In this document: one piece after another, positions 1 through 12,470 of the stretch | Layout of the letters: each line of letters begins with the position of its first letter | Numbering within the stretch: position 1 is the first letter of the stretch | Assembly (NCBI RefSeq): GCF_004010195.1 | Contig: NC_057711.1 | Coordinates: 73,422,736-73,486,735, forward strand | Direction: 5' to 3' | Origin: Chiloscyllium plagiosum | Taxonomy: Eukaryota | DNA length: 64,000 bases | Notes under the pieces: model-generated | Told to the model about the DNA's origin: nothing | The model's input: only the letters and a program-made list of their open reading frames with translations | The model's database searches: none | Position numbers and translations under genes: made by a program

Positions 1-385
1 AAAAATCAGTTTTCCATGTTGGACCTTGCCAAAGGCTTTGCTGAAGTCCATATAAAACTACACCAATTGCCCTCATCTACACATCTAGTCATCTCCTTGA
101 GAATTCAATCAAATTTGTTAGACATAACCTCCTTTTGACAAAGCTACGCTGACTATCCTTGATCAAATCTGGTCTCTCCAAGTGCAGATTAATTCTCTCC
201 TGCTAAATTTTTTCAATAGTTTCCCTATGACTAAGGAAGAGTCATTGGTCTGTAATTCTCTGATCTATCCCTACCACCCTTCTTGAGAAATGGAACCACA
301 TTAATGCCCTTCAGTCCTCGGGCACCTCCCCTGTTGCCAAACAGGAAATAAAACTTTGGTTCAGAGCCCTTGTAATTTCCTTCCA
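1..385 (-). mobile_element. CR1-type LINE ORF2 (RT region) fragment, decayed
   Basis: Reverse strand reads YMDFSKAF (aaggctttgctgaagtccatata), with the preceding SLSKGGYV*QI*LN remnant of the CR1 'KGRSCLTNL' block. Confidence 0.8.
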
Positions 386-1102
386 CATGTCCCACAGCAG
401 TCTGTGATAGAACTCATTCAGACCTGCCTTCCCTGAAGGCAGAAGTGAGTTTAAGTTGCTCATATCCTGGACCACTGACTGCCTCAAGTGCCCAGCTGAC
501 CATGTCCAAACTGGTATCTGATGATGCCCTTGACTTATTATACCAGTATGCCTTCCTGAAGACAACACCCTTGACTTGGCTGAAGACTACTCCCCTTTGA
601 CCTTCACACTCAGTCATTTAGATGACACTCATGTCAATACGTTGCCATGCAATCTCCTGGCATATGCTGCAAATATGACACTGACATTGCATAGTGGCAT
701 AAAGCAACATGTCCACTTTCTTGACTAATCCCTGTTGGCAAACATGACCAGTTGCCTGGCAATGTGTCTGTGCTGGAAGCCAAAGCAAACCAGAAGTACT
801 TAATGCTTATAACTTTCAAATGACATTTCCTTGCCCTTTTGCACATTGCAATGAGGGGTTGTTGTGAACATTCAAGTAGGCACAAAATCAGTGAGCACTA
901 AGAGAGCAAACAAAGCATCTCACAATGCACCCTGCTCCAATCCATGAGCTGGGTGCCTATCCCTGTGGACAAAGTGGCCTAGCAGTAGTATTACAACGTA
1001 AGGAATCAATTTGGTGTAGCATTTAAGTTGAGAACTGTACACCGCATGAGTTGAAGATATGCTGTAGTGATTTGGTAAGACTGGTGTCTGTCCACTGTCA
1101 AA

Positions 1103-1243
1103 ACTGCCCGTAGTGTTAGGTAAGAGGTAAATGTAGGGGTATGGGTGGGTTGCGCTTAGGCGGGGCGGTGTGGACATGTTGGGCCGAAGGGCCTGTTTCC
1201 ACACTAAGTAATCTAATCTCATCTAATCTAATCTAATCTAATC
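1103..1243 (+). mobile_element. HE1-type (V-SINE) 3' half with (TAATC)n tail
   Basis: gttgggccgaagggcctgtttccacactaagtaatc(taatc)n; same 3' end as the fuller copy at 60498-60790. Confidence 0.8.
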
Positions 1244-2084
1244 CATGGACAGGCAGTTGCTACCCATGGACCTGGCCAAGATAGAGGCTCAGAGGAGTTG
1301 CCAGGCACCCACTTTGACGTTCATGCTGAAAACCGTCACTATTTGATGTGAGTCTCTGTCTTTCTGCCATATGGGAGAACAACAAACCACACACAAATGA
1401 GGAGAAAATAGCTCATTCTGAAATGTAAAAAGCAAGCAAATAAGCCTCTTGCCATTCTTGGTGGGATTCTCATCTCACTGTTCAAATCTCGGGTAGAATA
1501 TCAGGTTTTTTTTTCCTGAGACAATGGAAAAAAAAAGTGTGATGCTCAATCCTGCTGTATTTTCCCAAATGACTTCCCATTGCCCACATGAGTCGGGAAG
1601 TGGGGGAAAAAAAAAAAATCAGCTCCATAGTGTTGCATGCTTTGGACAAAACAGCCACGTGATTTTGCTTTAAAATAAATGTTTCACACATTGCAAATTA
1701 TTTATTGGTTGATGAAACATTTTGCTAATGGGGCATTATTCCTATCCACTTCCTTCACTTCCATTTCTATGGTAATAATTTCAGTCGTGCTACTTCAGAC
1801 ACACTTGGATATTATTTTTAATCTATAAAAAGTTATTTAATTTTAGTTACCTTACAGTCGTTCAATACTAGTTTATGTGACTGTTCCACGTAGCATTCTT
1901 TTTGTGACATAGCCAAAACATTTTAAGTTTTATTTCTTAGATCAAGCACAAGTTACAGGTTAAACTACAAGATTTACTTTTATTTAATTCTCTGCCTACT
2001 CCATTTTTGCCCACCTTATCAAGTCATGAACCACTGACTGTCTGCTGTTGTCCCTTTTCTTCTAATCACACATGAATTGCCTGT

Positions 2085-2752
2085 CCACAGATCCCTGAAG
2101 GTGGCAGGCCAGGTTCATAAGGTAGTTACAACATACAAGATGCTTGTCTTTATTACTTGTTGCATAAATAATAAGTGCAGGGAGGTTATGTCAGAGCTGT
2201 TCTGAACTTTGGTTAGGCCACAGTTGGAGTACTGTCTGCAGTTCTGGTCACCACACTATAGGAAGGGTATGTTTGTACTGAAGGGGCACACAGAAGATTC
2301 ACCAGGCTGTTGCCTGGGATCAAGCATTTCAGCTATGCAGAAAGCCTGGATAGCTCAGGCTGTTTTCTTTGAAGTACAGAAGGTTGAGGGGGACCTGATA
2401 AAAGTGCATAAAATTATGAGGGATATGGACACATATGGACAGCTGTTCCATCTAGTCAAAGGATCAATAACAAGGAAACATAATTTCAAACTGGAATGCA
2501 AGAAATTTACAGGGGATTTTGAGGAAAAGATTTTTCATCAAGATGGTAGTAGGGGCCAGAAATGCACTGCCAGGGAAGGTAGTTCAGCTGAAAAACCTCA
2601 CAAACTTTAACAAGTACTTAAGATGAGCACATGAAGAGTCATAACATTCAAGGCTGTATGGGCCTAGTAGAGGAAAGTGGGACTGTCTTGGTGATCCAGA
2701 CTCAACGAGCCAACAGGCCTCTCAAGGCAGTGTGGTTCTATGATTCTATGAT
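2085..2752 (+). mobile_element. CR1-type LINE 3' fragment
   Basis: ORF 2209-2610 has LVRPQLEYCLQFWSPHYRK...GDLIKVHKIMR (CR1 ORF2 C-terminus); ends in a (ttctatga)n tail. Confidence 0.9.
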
Positions 2753-3224
2753 CTGTTGCCAATGATTTTCTTAACATTTGCTGAAGTCTTGAACATCCTC
2801 AGAATTCATTTTGCAGATCAAACATTTGGGTATCAGATGTTTCTCTTTGTGTTGGAATTGTTTTTCAAACTAGATTTGCTCGGGGAAGAGGGGGGGAAGA
2901 AATAAGATCTCTTTGAATATAGTTCCAATAGGTACTGGTGTCTGTCTAGCCTGGGTAATAGGAACCCAAATGTAGCTATATTATCTTTAAACAAATTCAA
3001 ACAGATTATGGACAGAGCTACCAAGCAACAAGGCACATCATAAACCAGTGTAATAAATAGGACAGGGAAGGAAAATGTTCTTATAAAATAGCATTTGAAG
3101 CAAACTCCAAGATTCTTCAGGAAACACTTTTGATCTCCAATCTTAGTAGTGGTAGAAGAGACAGCAAATTAACTCTGCTAAAAATCAGTAGCATAAATAG
3201 GTACTCCACAATCAAAAAGCTTTC

Positions 3225-4040
3225 TTTATTCTCTTGTGGGACGTGGGCGTCACTGATCAGCCAGCATTTAGTGCCCATCCCTAATTGCCCTTGAGAAGAT
3301 AATAATGAATTGCTTTTTTAAACTAGTACAGTCCCATGTGCTGCAATAGAATACAATGCAGTTGGAAAGGGAATTCCAGGATTTTGACCCAATGACAGTG
3401 AAGGAACAGTGATAAATTTCCAAGTCAAGATGGTGAGTGGTTTGGAGGGGAAATTGGTAGTGGTGGGATTTCTAGTACGTATGCTGCCCCTGTTCTTCTT
3501 AATGTAAGTGGTCACAGGTTTGGAAGGTGCTGTCTAAAGATCTTTGGTGAACTTCTGCAGTGCATCATGTGGATAGCTCACACTGATGCAGAGTGTATCA
3601 GTGGTGGAGGGAGTGCATGGTTATGGATATAGTGCCAATTAAGCGGGCTATTTTGTCAAACTTCTTATAGTTGCACCCATCTGAGCAATTGAGGAGTATT
3701 CCATCATATTCCTGATTTATGCCTTGTAGATGGCTATGGGGAGTCAGGAGGCGAGTTACTCACTGCAATAACCTAGCCTTTGACCTGCTTTTGTAGCCAG
3801 TGTGTTTATATGGTGAATCCAGTGAATATCTGGTCAATGATAATCCCAGGATGTTGATAGTGAGAGATTCAGTGATGATAACAATTAAATGTCAAAAGGT
3901 GATACATAACTCAGCTCTTTTTGTAAATGGTTGTTGCTGCTTACCACTTTTTAGCCCAGGCCCGGGTATTGTCCAGGTCTTGCTGCATTTGGTCATGGAC
4001 TGCTTGTTTCTGGGGAGTCACGAATGCTGAATATTGAGGA
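3225..4040 (-). mobile_element. CR1-group LINE (second lineage, Zenon/L2-like) 3' fragment
   Basis: Reverse complement of the 3' end also seen at 26600-26880, 53400-53610 and 54095-54320 (cactgtcattgggtcaaaatcctggaa...cttctcaagggcaattagggatgggca). Clade assignment is tentative. Confidence 0.7.
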
Positions 4041-4079
4041 TGTCACAGAGCACGAGGACACATTGCAAAAGGGACATTG

Positions 4080-4200
4080 AGGGGATCTTGTAACACAATG
4101 GTTGTATATCTACCTCTGGGTCAGGAGATTTGGGTTCAAGTCTCACTTGTTCCAGACAAGTGCAATGACATCTCTGAACAGGCTGATATGCAAAATATCT
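4080..4200 (+). mobile_element. short tRNA-derived SINE, decayed
   Basis: B-box-like gggttcaagtc; related sequences at 53085-53200 (+) and 12870-12965 (-). Confidence 0.45.
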
Positions 4201-4282
4201 AAAAGGGAGATTGATCTGATCGGCTGGATTGGTAGCTCTAGCAACTGTTCAAGAACATAACTATCCTATTATAATTTCTGTA

Positions 4283-4792
4283 TTCTGGCTATTGAGGGAG
4301 TGCAGTGTAGGTTCACGAGGTCAATTCCTGGAATGGCGGGACTACCTTACGCTGAAAGACTGGAGCGACTGGGCTTGTATACCCTTGAGTTTAGAAGACT
4401 GAGAGGGGATCTGATTGAGACATATAAAATTATTAAAGGATTGGACACTCTGGAGGCAGGAAACATGTTTCCGCTGATGGGTGAGTGCCAAACCAGAGGA
4501 CACAGCTTAAAAATACGGGGTAGACCATTTAGGACAGAGATGAGGAGAAACTTCTTCACCCAGAGAGTGGTGGCTGTGTGGAATGCTCTGCCCCAGTGGG
4601 CAGTGGAGGCCCAGTCTCTGGATTCATTTAAGAAAGAGTTGGATAAAGCTCTCAAGGATAGTGGAATCAAGGGTTATGGAAATAAGGCAGGAACAGGATA
4701 CTGATTAAGGATGATCAGCCATGATCATATTGAATGGCGGTGCAGGCTTGAAGGGCAGAATGGCCTATTCCTGCACCTATTGTCTATTGACT
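4283..4792 (+). mobile_element. young 5'-truncated CR1-type LINE
   Basis: Uninterrupted ORF 4300-4704 (RFTRSIPGM...LEFRRLRGDLIETYKII...TRGHSLK...RNFFTQRVVAVWNALP); flanked by tattctg on both sides; close relative at 62665-63435. Confidence 0.95.
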
Positions 4793-5109
4793 ATTCTGAT
4801 CATCTCCCCCCAAACAGTGTGTCATGAGAAACTAAATAAAATGTGCAGATTTTCAGTACTTCACAAGGAGAACAGAACACCTTTTGCAGTAGGTATGAAG
4901 TGCCAGCTTCAGCTACCAATCACATTACAGCAGATTGAGAGGGGTGGCTGTCTTTAGGTTAACAGGATAAAGGACTGGAGGATATAGGAGGTGGTAATGG
5001 AAACCCTGACTGCCCTCGAGTGTATGTAAGTGATCTCATGACACTAGGTAAAGCAGATCCAAGGGATATTCCCAGCCTCATTGTGAAGATTTTGTAAACA
5101 TTTCAAAAT

Positions 5110-5305
5110 GAACAAACAGCTGATCTGATCATTGGTTTCAATGCTCTTTCTGGAACGTGATTATTGTATGTAAATTAGTGGCTCTATTTTCAGCTGTACA
5201 ACAGTGATTAAACTTCAAAAAGTACTTCATTACCTGTACAGAACATTTGAAACATACTGCGACCGAGACACAGACACAATATAATCACAAGTATTTTGTC
5301 TTTCA
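5110..5305 (+). mobile_element. Deu-domain SINE (SacSINE1/AmnSINE1-like) 3' part
   Basis: acaacagtgattaaacttcaaaaagtacttcatt...atataatcacaagt matches the recalled DeuSINE 3' consensus; similar copies at 11690, 28330 and 30830. Confidence 0.6.
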
Positions 5306-6290
5306 TCAATGGGTGAAAGATACTATCGATGGTCTTAATCAGGCAAGAAAGAAAATCAAGCCTTCCCTGAAGGAACTAAACTGACACCACTACTTCTGCA
5401 AAGGCACAGAAGCATATAGGTGGAGGTAATTAAGCCTAGTCATCTTTATTTTCTAGGTAATTTGAACTGTGTGGTTACAAACCATGTAGAACTGTTACTT
5501 GAAATCTGCTGTAGTGTATAAAATTGCTGAAGTACTGGTTTTACAATTCTACTTATAGAACCAATTATTCCAAATGTATAAACTATTTGAAAAGATTTAA
5601 ATGGTAATGTGCCACATAGTTGTAGTTTTAGGAGGTTTCAATGATGAATTATGATGATTACTTCAAGTCAATAAAATGAAACATCAAATTGCCTACTTTA
5701 CCCATATCTAAAAATCTGAACAAATATGTTTACTATGAAACACAAAGTTAACACATTTAACATAAACACCACACAATATTTCCTGCATACCTTATGTCAA
5801 AAACATCTAACACCAAACCACACATTAAAAACTACACTTCCTTCTCGCTTTTAAGGCAAAATAATATTTTGAGTGACAACATACATGTTAATTATTTGCA
5901 ACACCCACTAAGTTTGCTTCAAAAGAGGAAGTATTTAATTAAAAAGAAAATGTGTTGAAATTGAAAAGAAAAGGTCCACACTCTCAAAGCTTGTGTTAAA
6001 AGGTTAGCTTTTTAAAAATTGAGGAATTGCTTTGGACCAGTCTCAGAATTCTTCCAAAGGTGATTGGCTTACTTTGCTTAAATTTGCACATTTAGCAAAG
6101 GCAGATAGCAATGTCGTCTACTGTGTAGCAACAGGTAAATTCAATTTGTGCAATATTTTATATACAAATACAACACTTACACCATTTTTGAACTGAAAAG
6201 TCAGGAATCAGGGAACTTGAGCAATATGTAACCAGCAGGGTTTCTTGTAGAGATGAAAGAGCCATGGTTACAATCACTTTCTGTTTAACA

Positions 6291-6600
6291 TTAAAAATCA
6301 CACACCACCAGATTATAGTCCAACATGTTTATTTGGGCACACATCGCTATGACGCTATGACACTAGCTTTCGGAGCGCTGCTCCTTCATCAGGTGGCTGT
6401 GGAGAATAAGATAAGATTGTAAGACAGAGAATTTATGGAATTTAAATTCTGTGTCTTACAATCTTATTCACCACAACCACCTGATGAAGGAGCAGCGCTC
6501 CGAAAGCTACTGCTTCCAAATAACCCTGTGGACTATAACCTGGTGTTGTCTGATTTTTAAACTTTGTCCACCCCAGTCCAACTCCGGCATCTCCACATCA
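6291..6600 (+). mobile_element. fold-back mini PLE (inverted pLTR + pLTR + tail), family A, 13-bp TSD
   Basis: 6291-6435 is the reverse complement of 6442-6560; tail ccccagtccaactccggcatctcc; exact flanking duplication tttctgtttaaca at 6278-6290 and 6601-6613; sister copy at 27696. Confidence 0.85.
6475..6520 (+). ncRNA. hammerhead ribozyme motif (type I, minimal)
   Basis: CTGATGA(6481-6487)-a-GGAG/cagcg/CTCC-GAAA-GC/tact/GC-TT-C: conserved core, stem II and short stem III. Activity untested. Confidence 0.7.
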
Positions 6601-7164
6601 TTTCTGTTTAACAAAAACAAACTTATTGTAGAATATCAACATCCCACAAATGTTGGGCCGAAGGGCCGTTTCCATGCTGTAAACCTCTACGAGTCTGAAC
6701 AATAGACTAATCAAGGTGGCAACAAAAATACTCATGTTATGTTATTGTAAATATTTGTTGTCTGGGTTCAAAGTGACAAGAACTACAGTTTAATTATAGC
6801 GAAATCAAATGTCTGATTTGAAATCCAAAACAATAGCTTAAGGCAACTTTGGGTTTGTGCTGGTTTTAATGTACCATTGAAAACAGTGCAAAATATATTT
6901 GCTTACAATTTAACTAGAACATTATCAAATTGCTGTAAACATCCACTGGGTCACACATTATGCTTTAAATATTCATCATCTGAATTTTCACAGTTCAGTG
7001 ACCAATACTGCAAGTATATTGTACTTGTACTGTTCATTTGCATGACTCTAAATATAGAGTCTGGCAACGTCAGCATAGCAAGCGCATTAAAAAAATTAAA
7101 TGTTATTTACAAATAGATCAGATATTCCTTGACAGGCTATTACCTCTCAACAATTGCCATTCCG

Positions 7165-7510
7165 TGTAGGAATTGTGAGCAGTTTTAGAACTCATATCTA
7201 AGAAAGGATGTGCGAGCCTTCGAGGGGGTCCAGAGGAGGTTTATGAGAACAATCCCTGGGATGAAGGGTTTTCCATTTGAGGAGCAGTTGGATCTGTACT
7301 CAATGGAGTTTAGAAAAATGAGGGAGGGATCTTATTGAAACCTACAGAATACGGAGATGCCTGGATAGAGTGGTTAGTGAGACATTTACACCAGTAGGAG
7401 GGACTAGGACCCGAGGGCACAGCCTCAGAGTGAATGGACAACTCTTTAGAGCTGACACAAGGAGGACTTTTTTCCAGCCTGAGGGTAGTGAATCTGTGGA
7501 ACCCATTGCT
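7165..7510 (+). mobile_element. CR1-type LINE fragment
   Basis: YSMEFRKMR.../TRTRGHSLRV remnants of the ORF2 C-terminus. Confidence 0.8.
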
Positions 7511-7544
7511 GCAGGAGTGGATAGCTGAGCATCACAAGACTTAG

Positions 7545-7865
7545 CCAGTAAGAAAGACCATGACCATATCAAATTCATTGCCAAGACTTTTGCTGTTCCC
7601 CCTTTCACTTCCCTTCCACGACCACTTTGTGCTCACATTCCACCTCTGCCACATTCAACTAACAATCCTCCTTACCTTCGGCCACCAACAAGTGTCTTCC
7701 ACTTCCATCATTCTGAAGAAACTAATCCCTCTCTGGCACACAGAATCACTCTTCAATCTGAAGCCTTTGACCGAAAATGTTAACTTGTTATAAATGCTGC
7801 TTGACCTTAATTATTTCCAACACTTTCCTTTTAGTTCAGTTTTCTCACATCTAAAGTATTGCACT
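7545..7865 (+). mobile_element. heavily decayed PLE fragment
   Basis: ORF 7560-7793 has FVLTFHLCHIQLTILLTFGHQQ, resembling PLVLTFHPTNLHINQIIRRHFRHLQ at 32.4 kb; followed by a degenerate ctgaag...ccgaaaatgttaac pLTR-like end. Confidence 0.5.
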
Positions 7866-8829
7866 TTTTTTTGACAGCATTCATGTGGGTTAAACTGAAC
7901 CTTTTACACAAAGCAGTACCTTAAACATAAATGTAACGGTTAAATGTTGCCAAGTAAAAAGGTGAAAACAAATAAACCAAATTTTTCCATTCGATGGAGG
8001 AGTAAATTAATAGATTAGAAATCAACCAAATATACATATTTTCAATGATCCCATACTTCTCAACCTCTCACTTTTATTATATAAATGTCTAAATTTCTTG
8101 TAGAAATAGAGTAAGTAAGCAGGTGAGTGATGAAAGACTGAGACAGTTTCAAATAAATTGGGAGACAGTCAGGAATTGCTTTTCTTGAGAAAGGGCTTTG
8201 TACAAAGAGCTTTCATTTGTATACAAGATTCTCTAAACCACTTCACAACCAAGCACACTGAATTGTAGTCACAATGACGTTAAAAAAAAATTGGATACAA
8301 AGTCCATATAGAGCAAGGCTCCAAAAACACTAAGGTTGTGATTTTTTCCTCTCTCGAGGCAGGATGGTTGAGGTCAGAATGGTACATAATGGTCAACCTT
8401 TTCCAAGATGATTCAGTGTCAATTACCAGCCACTTAGGCACTTTAAATCCACCATTAATCCAATTACAGCTTTCCCGCAAGTGAACAGAATGGCTGCTGT
8501 CCTGATTGGGATGTCCAAGTGACCTGCCTGCCATGGTGTGCAGACTGAGACTTCAGTAATGCTGTTTCCCTTCCTGAGATTGCTAGCCTTCGACTGGCGG
8601 CAGTTTCAGGCAGCCATGACTTCAGAGCTGGGGCTCTAGATTCGACAAGCAGCTTGCTAGGCAACACTTAAGCTCCCAATTGCTGCTCAATTGGTAAGAT
8701 TTCCTGTTGTGGCTTGGCCTTGAAGACATCCATCCGCACACATTGTACAGAGGACTAAATCCTGATCCAAATGAACAAATGACCAATTAATCTGTTGGTG
8801 GCTTTATTTTAGTTGAGAATTAATGAGCC

Positions 8830-9300
8830 TTTGAGGACCCTGGGACTCTACTCAATGGAGTTTAGAAGGATGAGGGGGGAATCTAATTGAAACATCGATT
8901 TAAATACTAAATAGCCTGGACAGAGTAGATGTTGGAAAGATGTTTCCCTTGGTAGGAGAGTAAAAGGAAGAGCTTTTAGAATGGAGATAAGGAGAAACTT
9001 CCTCAGTCAGAGAGTGGTGAATCTGTGCAAATCATCGCCCCAGAAGGCCGTGGAAGCCAGGTCATTGAGTTATTTAAAACAGAGATAGATAAGTTATTGA
9101 TTTCCAAGGGGATCAAAGGTTGTGGGGAGAAAGCAGGAAAATGGAGTTTAAAAAAAACCTACTGGCCATGAATGAATGGGAAGTAGATTCGATGGGCCAA
9201 ATGACCTAATTTCTGCTCCTACGTCTCACACTCTTATAGAACCAATGTTTCCATGAGGAGCTGAATGGCCTCCTTCAGTGATGTAACATTCCTGTGACTC
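8830..9300 (+). mobile_element. CR1-type LINE 3' fragment(s)
   Basis: ctgggactctactcaatggagtttagaagg...aggagaaacttcctcagtcagagagtggtgaatctgtg, followed by a typical 3'UTR. Confidence 0.8.
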
Positions 9301-9919
9301 TGAATTCTAACCAGCAAGCAAGTACTCTATGCATGCTAAAAGTGTCGTGGAATCTATATATACCAAAACAGATCATAGGGAGATTTGAAAGCACAAGTGG
9401 AAGTTTTTCTTAAGAAACTAACTACTTTAGTGATCAATTTAAAACCCTTTCTGCAACTATCCACTAGCAAATGATTTAGCATTAATAGAAAAGATCCAGA
9501 GGTTTGTAATCTTTAAGTTTCTGGAATGCAACTGAAGAGTACTTCCCACAATCACTAAGCCACAGACTTAGTCATGACAGATGGCAACTGTTTTATGAGA
9601 AGACATGATGAGACAACACCTAGCTGTTTCTGCTGCTGCCAATTTCTCACTCACTTTAATGTTTAAAATAGCCTGTTACATTATAGCTTCACGCTAGCTT
9701 TGTTAATAATTCCAGGAAAATAGAATATAATAATAGACCTACTTTGACATTAATATCAGCTTTCAATATAAAAATATGCTGAAATATTTTAAGTTCTGGA
9801 TGAAAAATAATAAATGGAAAAGGTAATTGGCCAGTCGTTTTAAATACTTAAGTGGAAATATTCAATATAGCTGATCAGTGAGAAGAGCACGATTCTCCTG
9901 CAAACTCAGATTCACTTAC

Positions 9920-10123
9920 CTGTTGGAAACGAATCATCCCCTACATTGACCAGAATTTCAAACAGCGTGAGCTAAGGAATATGTTCTCAAGCATCAACTT
10001 GGAAAGCACAATAAATAGATTAAAATAAACTAGAGGAAGCAATATGGTTCAAACCAAGCATTACTTTCTTTTTGATAGCTCGAACACAGTTGGGGGCTCT
10101 CTGTATTGTTCATGCAATACATT
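9920..10123 (-). other. candidate internal non-coding (5'UTR or lncRNA) exon, 204 bp
   Basis: Strong acceptor ttttttttctacag|AATG at 10123 and consensus donor CAACAG|gtaagt at 9920; stops in all three frames; lies in a TE-poor stretch. Confidence 0.5.
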
Positions 10124-11689
10124 CTGTAGAAAAAAAACTTAAAGACTTTTTACTGGTTAACCCAAAGGCAGCTGTCTTTGTGCCACAAAAGGAAGCTTTC
10201 ATTGCACACTGAAGTATAAAGAAAACACATGCCATATCTGCACTGACTAGTTGTGCTTTGCTCATGTTACCCAAGAGGTATTTCAGCTATGCAACTGTCC
10301 ATGATAGTTTTACATCTAACAACATCTGAAAGTCCCTTGACTAAATACTGGCATTTATGTGGTCCTTTTTTAAACAGCTGTATTAAAACAGTTTAGCTGT
10401 CACAAATCATTTGTGCAGTTAGATCTTGAGGCATATTTATTGATTTAAACAAACTACTGTTATCATTGGCTTCGTTCTACACCCTTTCAGTTAAAACATT
10501 TTATTTCCCCACCCAAACCCTCAGCCCCATATACCCCAACGAGCAAATATGTAAGAGAAAAGTAATTCATTGCAACTGAAAACAGTAAAACAAAAGGCAG
10601 TGAAAGAAAGAAAAACATGTTTTGAAGTCTCCACTCTCAAAGAATGTTAGAAGTCACTAGCAAATAAACCTCCTCTAAAATAACACTGTCAAATTATCCT
10701 CAAAAATTAGCAAATATCCATTCGAATCTCAGAGGATCAAAATGCAACAGCAATTTAAAGTAGTATATTGTTGACAGTCAGTGGTGATTAGAATGATTGG
10801 ATTACTCTCCTTTCAATGGATTTGTGGAAGATCTGTTACCTTACAGACAAAAAAATGTAATCTCAGCTACATGTTAATTTGATCTCTGTGCTCATCATCT
10901 TCTTTCAAGTTTTTGACATGAAGTAGCTAACTATTCATTATATTTTAAATTCTCTGCAGGATTTCTTTTCACCCAAATTTGCTGAGAATGGAGACTGAGT
11001 ATTTTCAAGTGACTACTTCAAGGGGAAACAAACTAAAAACCTGAAAGATCAAAACAGGCAATTAGCAGGGGAAGAATGTTAAATAGAAAATACCTAAGGC
11101 ACTGCTAACATGGTCCCACTAGGAAGCACAGATTGTGTGTAAAGGACTGGGATTAAATAGATGCAAAGTTGAGAACAAACTGATGTTTATGAATGATAAA
11201 CAGACAGTAATGGAGCAGCAGAATTAAACTAGGTGGAGAATCATAACTGGCACACAAGAAAGGGGAGGGCAATATTTGGAAAGCTTAGTATGAGAGAAAG
11301 GCCTCCACAAAAAGGCAAAAGTTGTTGTAACTACAGCTCTAAATCACATTAAATATTTCATGAATACACAAGCTTGAAAATTAATTTTCTATTATCTGTC
11401 AACTTTTGCCGATTCCAAATATAAATACAAGAAAGTACTAGCAACTTTTCCAAGCTAGGGTTGCTCCTACTGCTACATAATTATGAACTCCAGCAAACAG
11501 TCAACACATCTTTTCTCGACAATTTATAGAACTAATTTTTTTGAAAAGAAATGTCAATTGACTGAAATTCCTGATGAGTATGAATATGAATTGTAAAATA
11601 TTTTCAAATATGATTAAAAGTTCCTGTTACTATTTTGCTTCATTTGCATCCTTAGTTTGATGTAAAATATCCCAGGCACGTTTTTGGAG

Positions 11690-11885
11690 ATACATCCATT
11701 GTACTGGCTCAATCACCACTAAGACAGATTACATGTTTTTCATTGCTGCTTGTGGGAGTTTACTGCGTGCAAATTGGCTGACATACTTCCTATATTACAG
11801 CAACAAATGCATCTAAAAATATGGAAATAAGTATAAAATACTTTGAAACATGGTCATGGAAAATGCGACGTAAATACAGTCAATT
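11690..11885 (+). mobile_element. Deu-domain SINE 3' part
   Basis: gtgggagtttactgcgtgcaaattggctgacatacttcctatattacagcaac matches the recalled Deu-domain core. Confidence 0.65.
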
Positions 11886-11894
11886 TATAATTTG

Positions 11895-12470
11895 AAGCTA
11901 ATTTTGCCCAACAAAGTTCCACAAACAGCAATGAGATAGATTTGTGATGTGAGAAAACAAAACTTTTCCACACAATGAGTGGTTCAGGCCTGGAACGCAC
12001 CTGCTGAAAAAAGTAGAGGTGGTAAGTTCATTCAAACATTCAGGAGGGCATTGGATGATTATTTGAATAGAAACAGTGAACACATGGAGGGAGAAAGGCA
12101 GAGAATGGCATTAAGATGCTTCCTTGGATAGCCAGTACAGACATGATGGACCAAGTGGTCTCCTCCTATGCCACAACACTTTTGTGATTCTGTGAAGTGA
12201 ACAGTTAATCTCTTTTTGGTGGCGTTATTGGAGTACAAATATTGGCTCAGCCACCAACAGAATTCTGTTCTTCTGTGATTGGCACAATTGGTCTTACAGA
12301 TCAAAAGAATAAGCAAATGACAACCTTATTTAAAATCTCATTCAAAATATCATACACCTGACAACGTAATATCCTCTTAGCTTGAGCAGAACTATATGAT
12401 TTGGGTGTGGCTTGAACATATCGTCTTTTCATTCAAATTTGATAATATAAAAAGCTGAGCCATTGAATGA
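11895..12470 (-). mobile_element. Deu-domain SINE (minus) interrupted by a CR1 3' end (+, ~11960-12195)
   Basis: ttccacaaacagcaatgagata is the reverse of the Deu core, and SINE-like sequence resumes after 12195. The insert has ttttccacacaatgagtggtt...tggaacgcac (CR1 3' end). Confidence 0.5.

Noticed and set aside
9921..10103. VHS-domain-like peptide (APNCVRAIKKK...LTLFEILVN) from a two-micro-exon parse
   Set aside because: Resemblance is only a few residues, needs a weak donor, and has an in-frame TGA just upstream; not supportable without a search.
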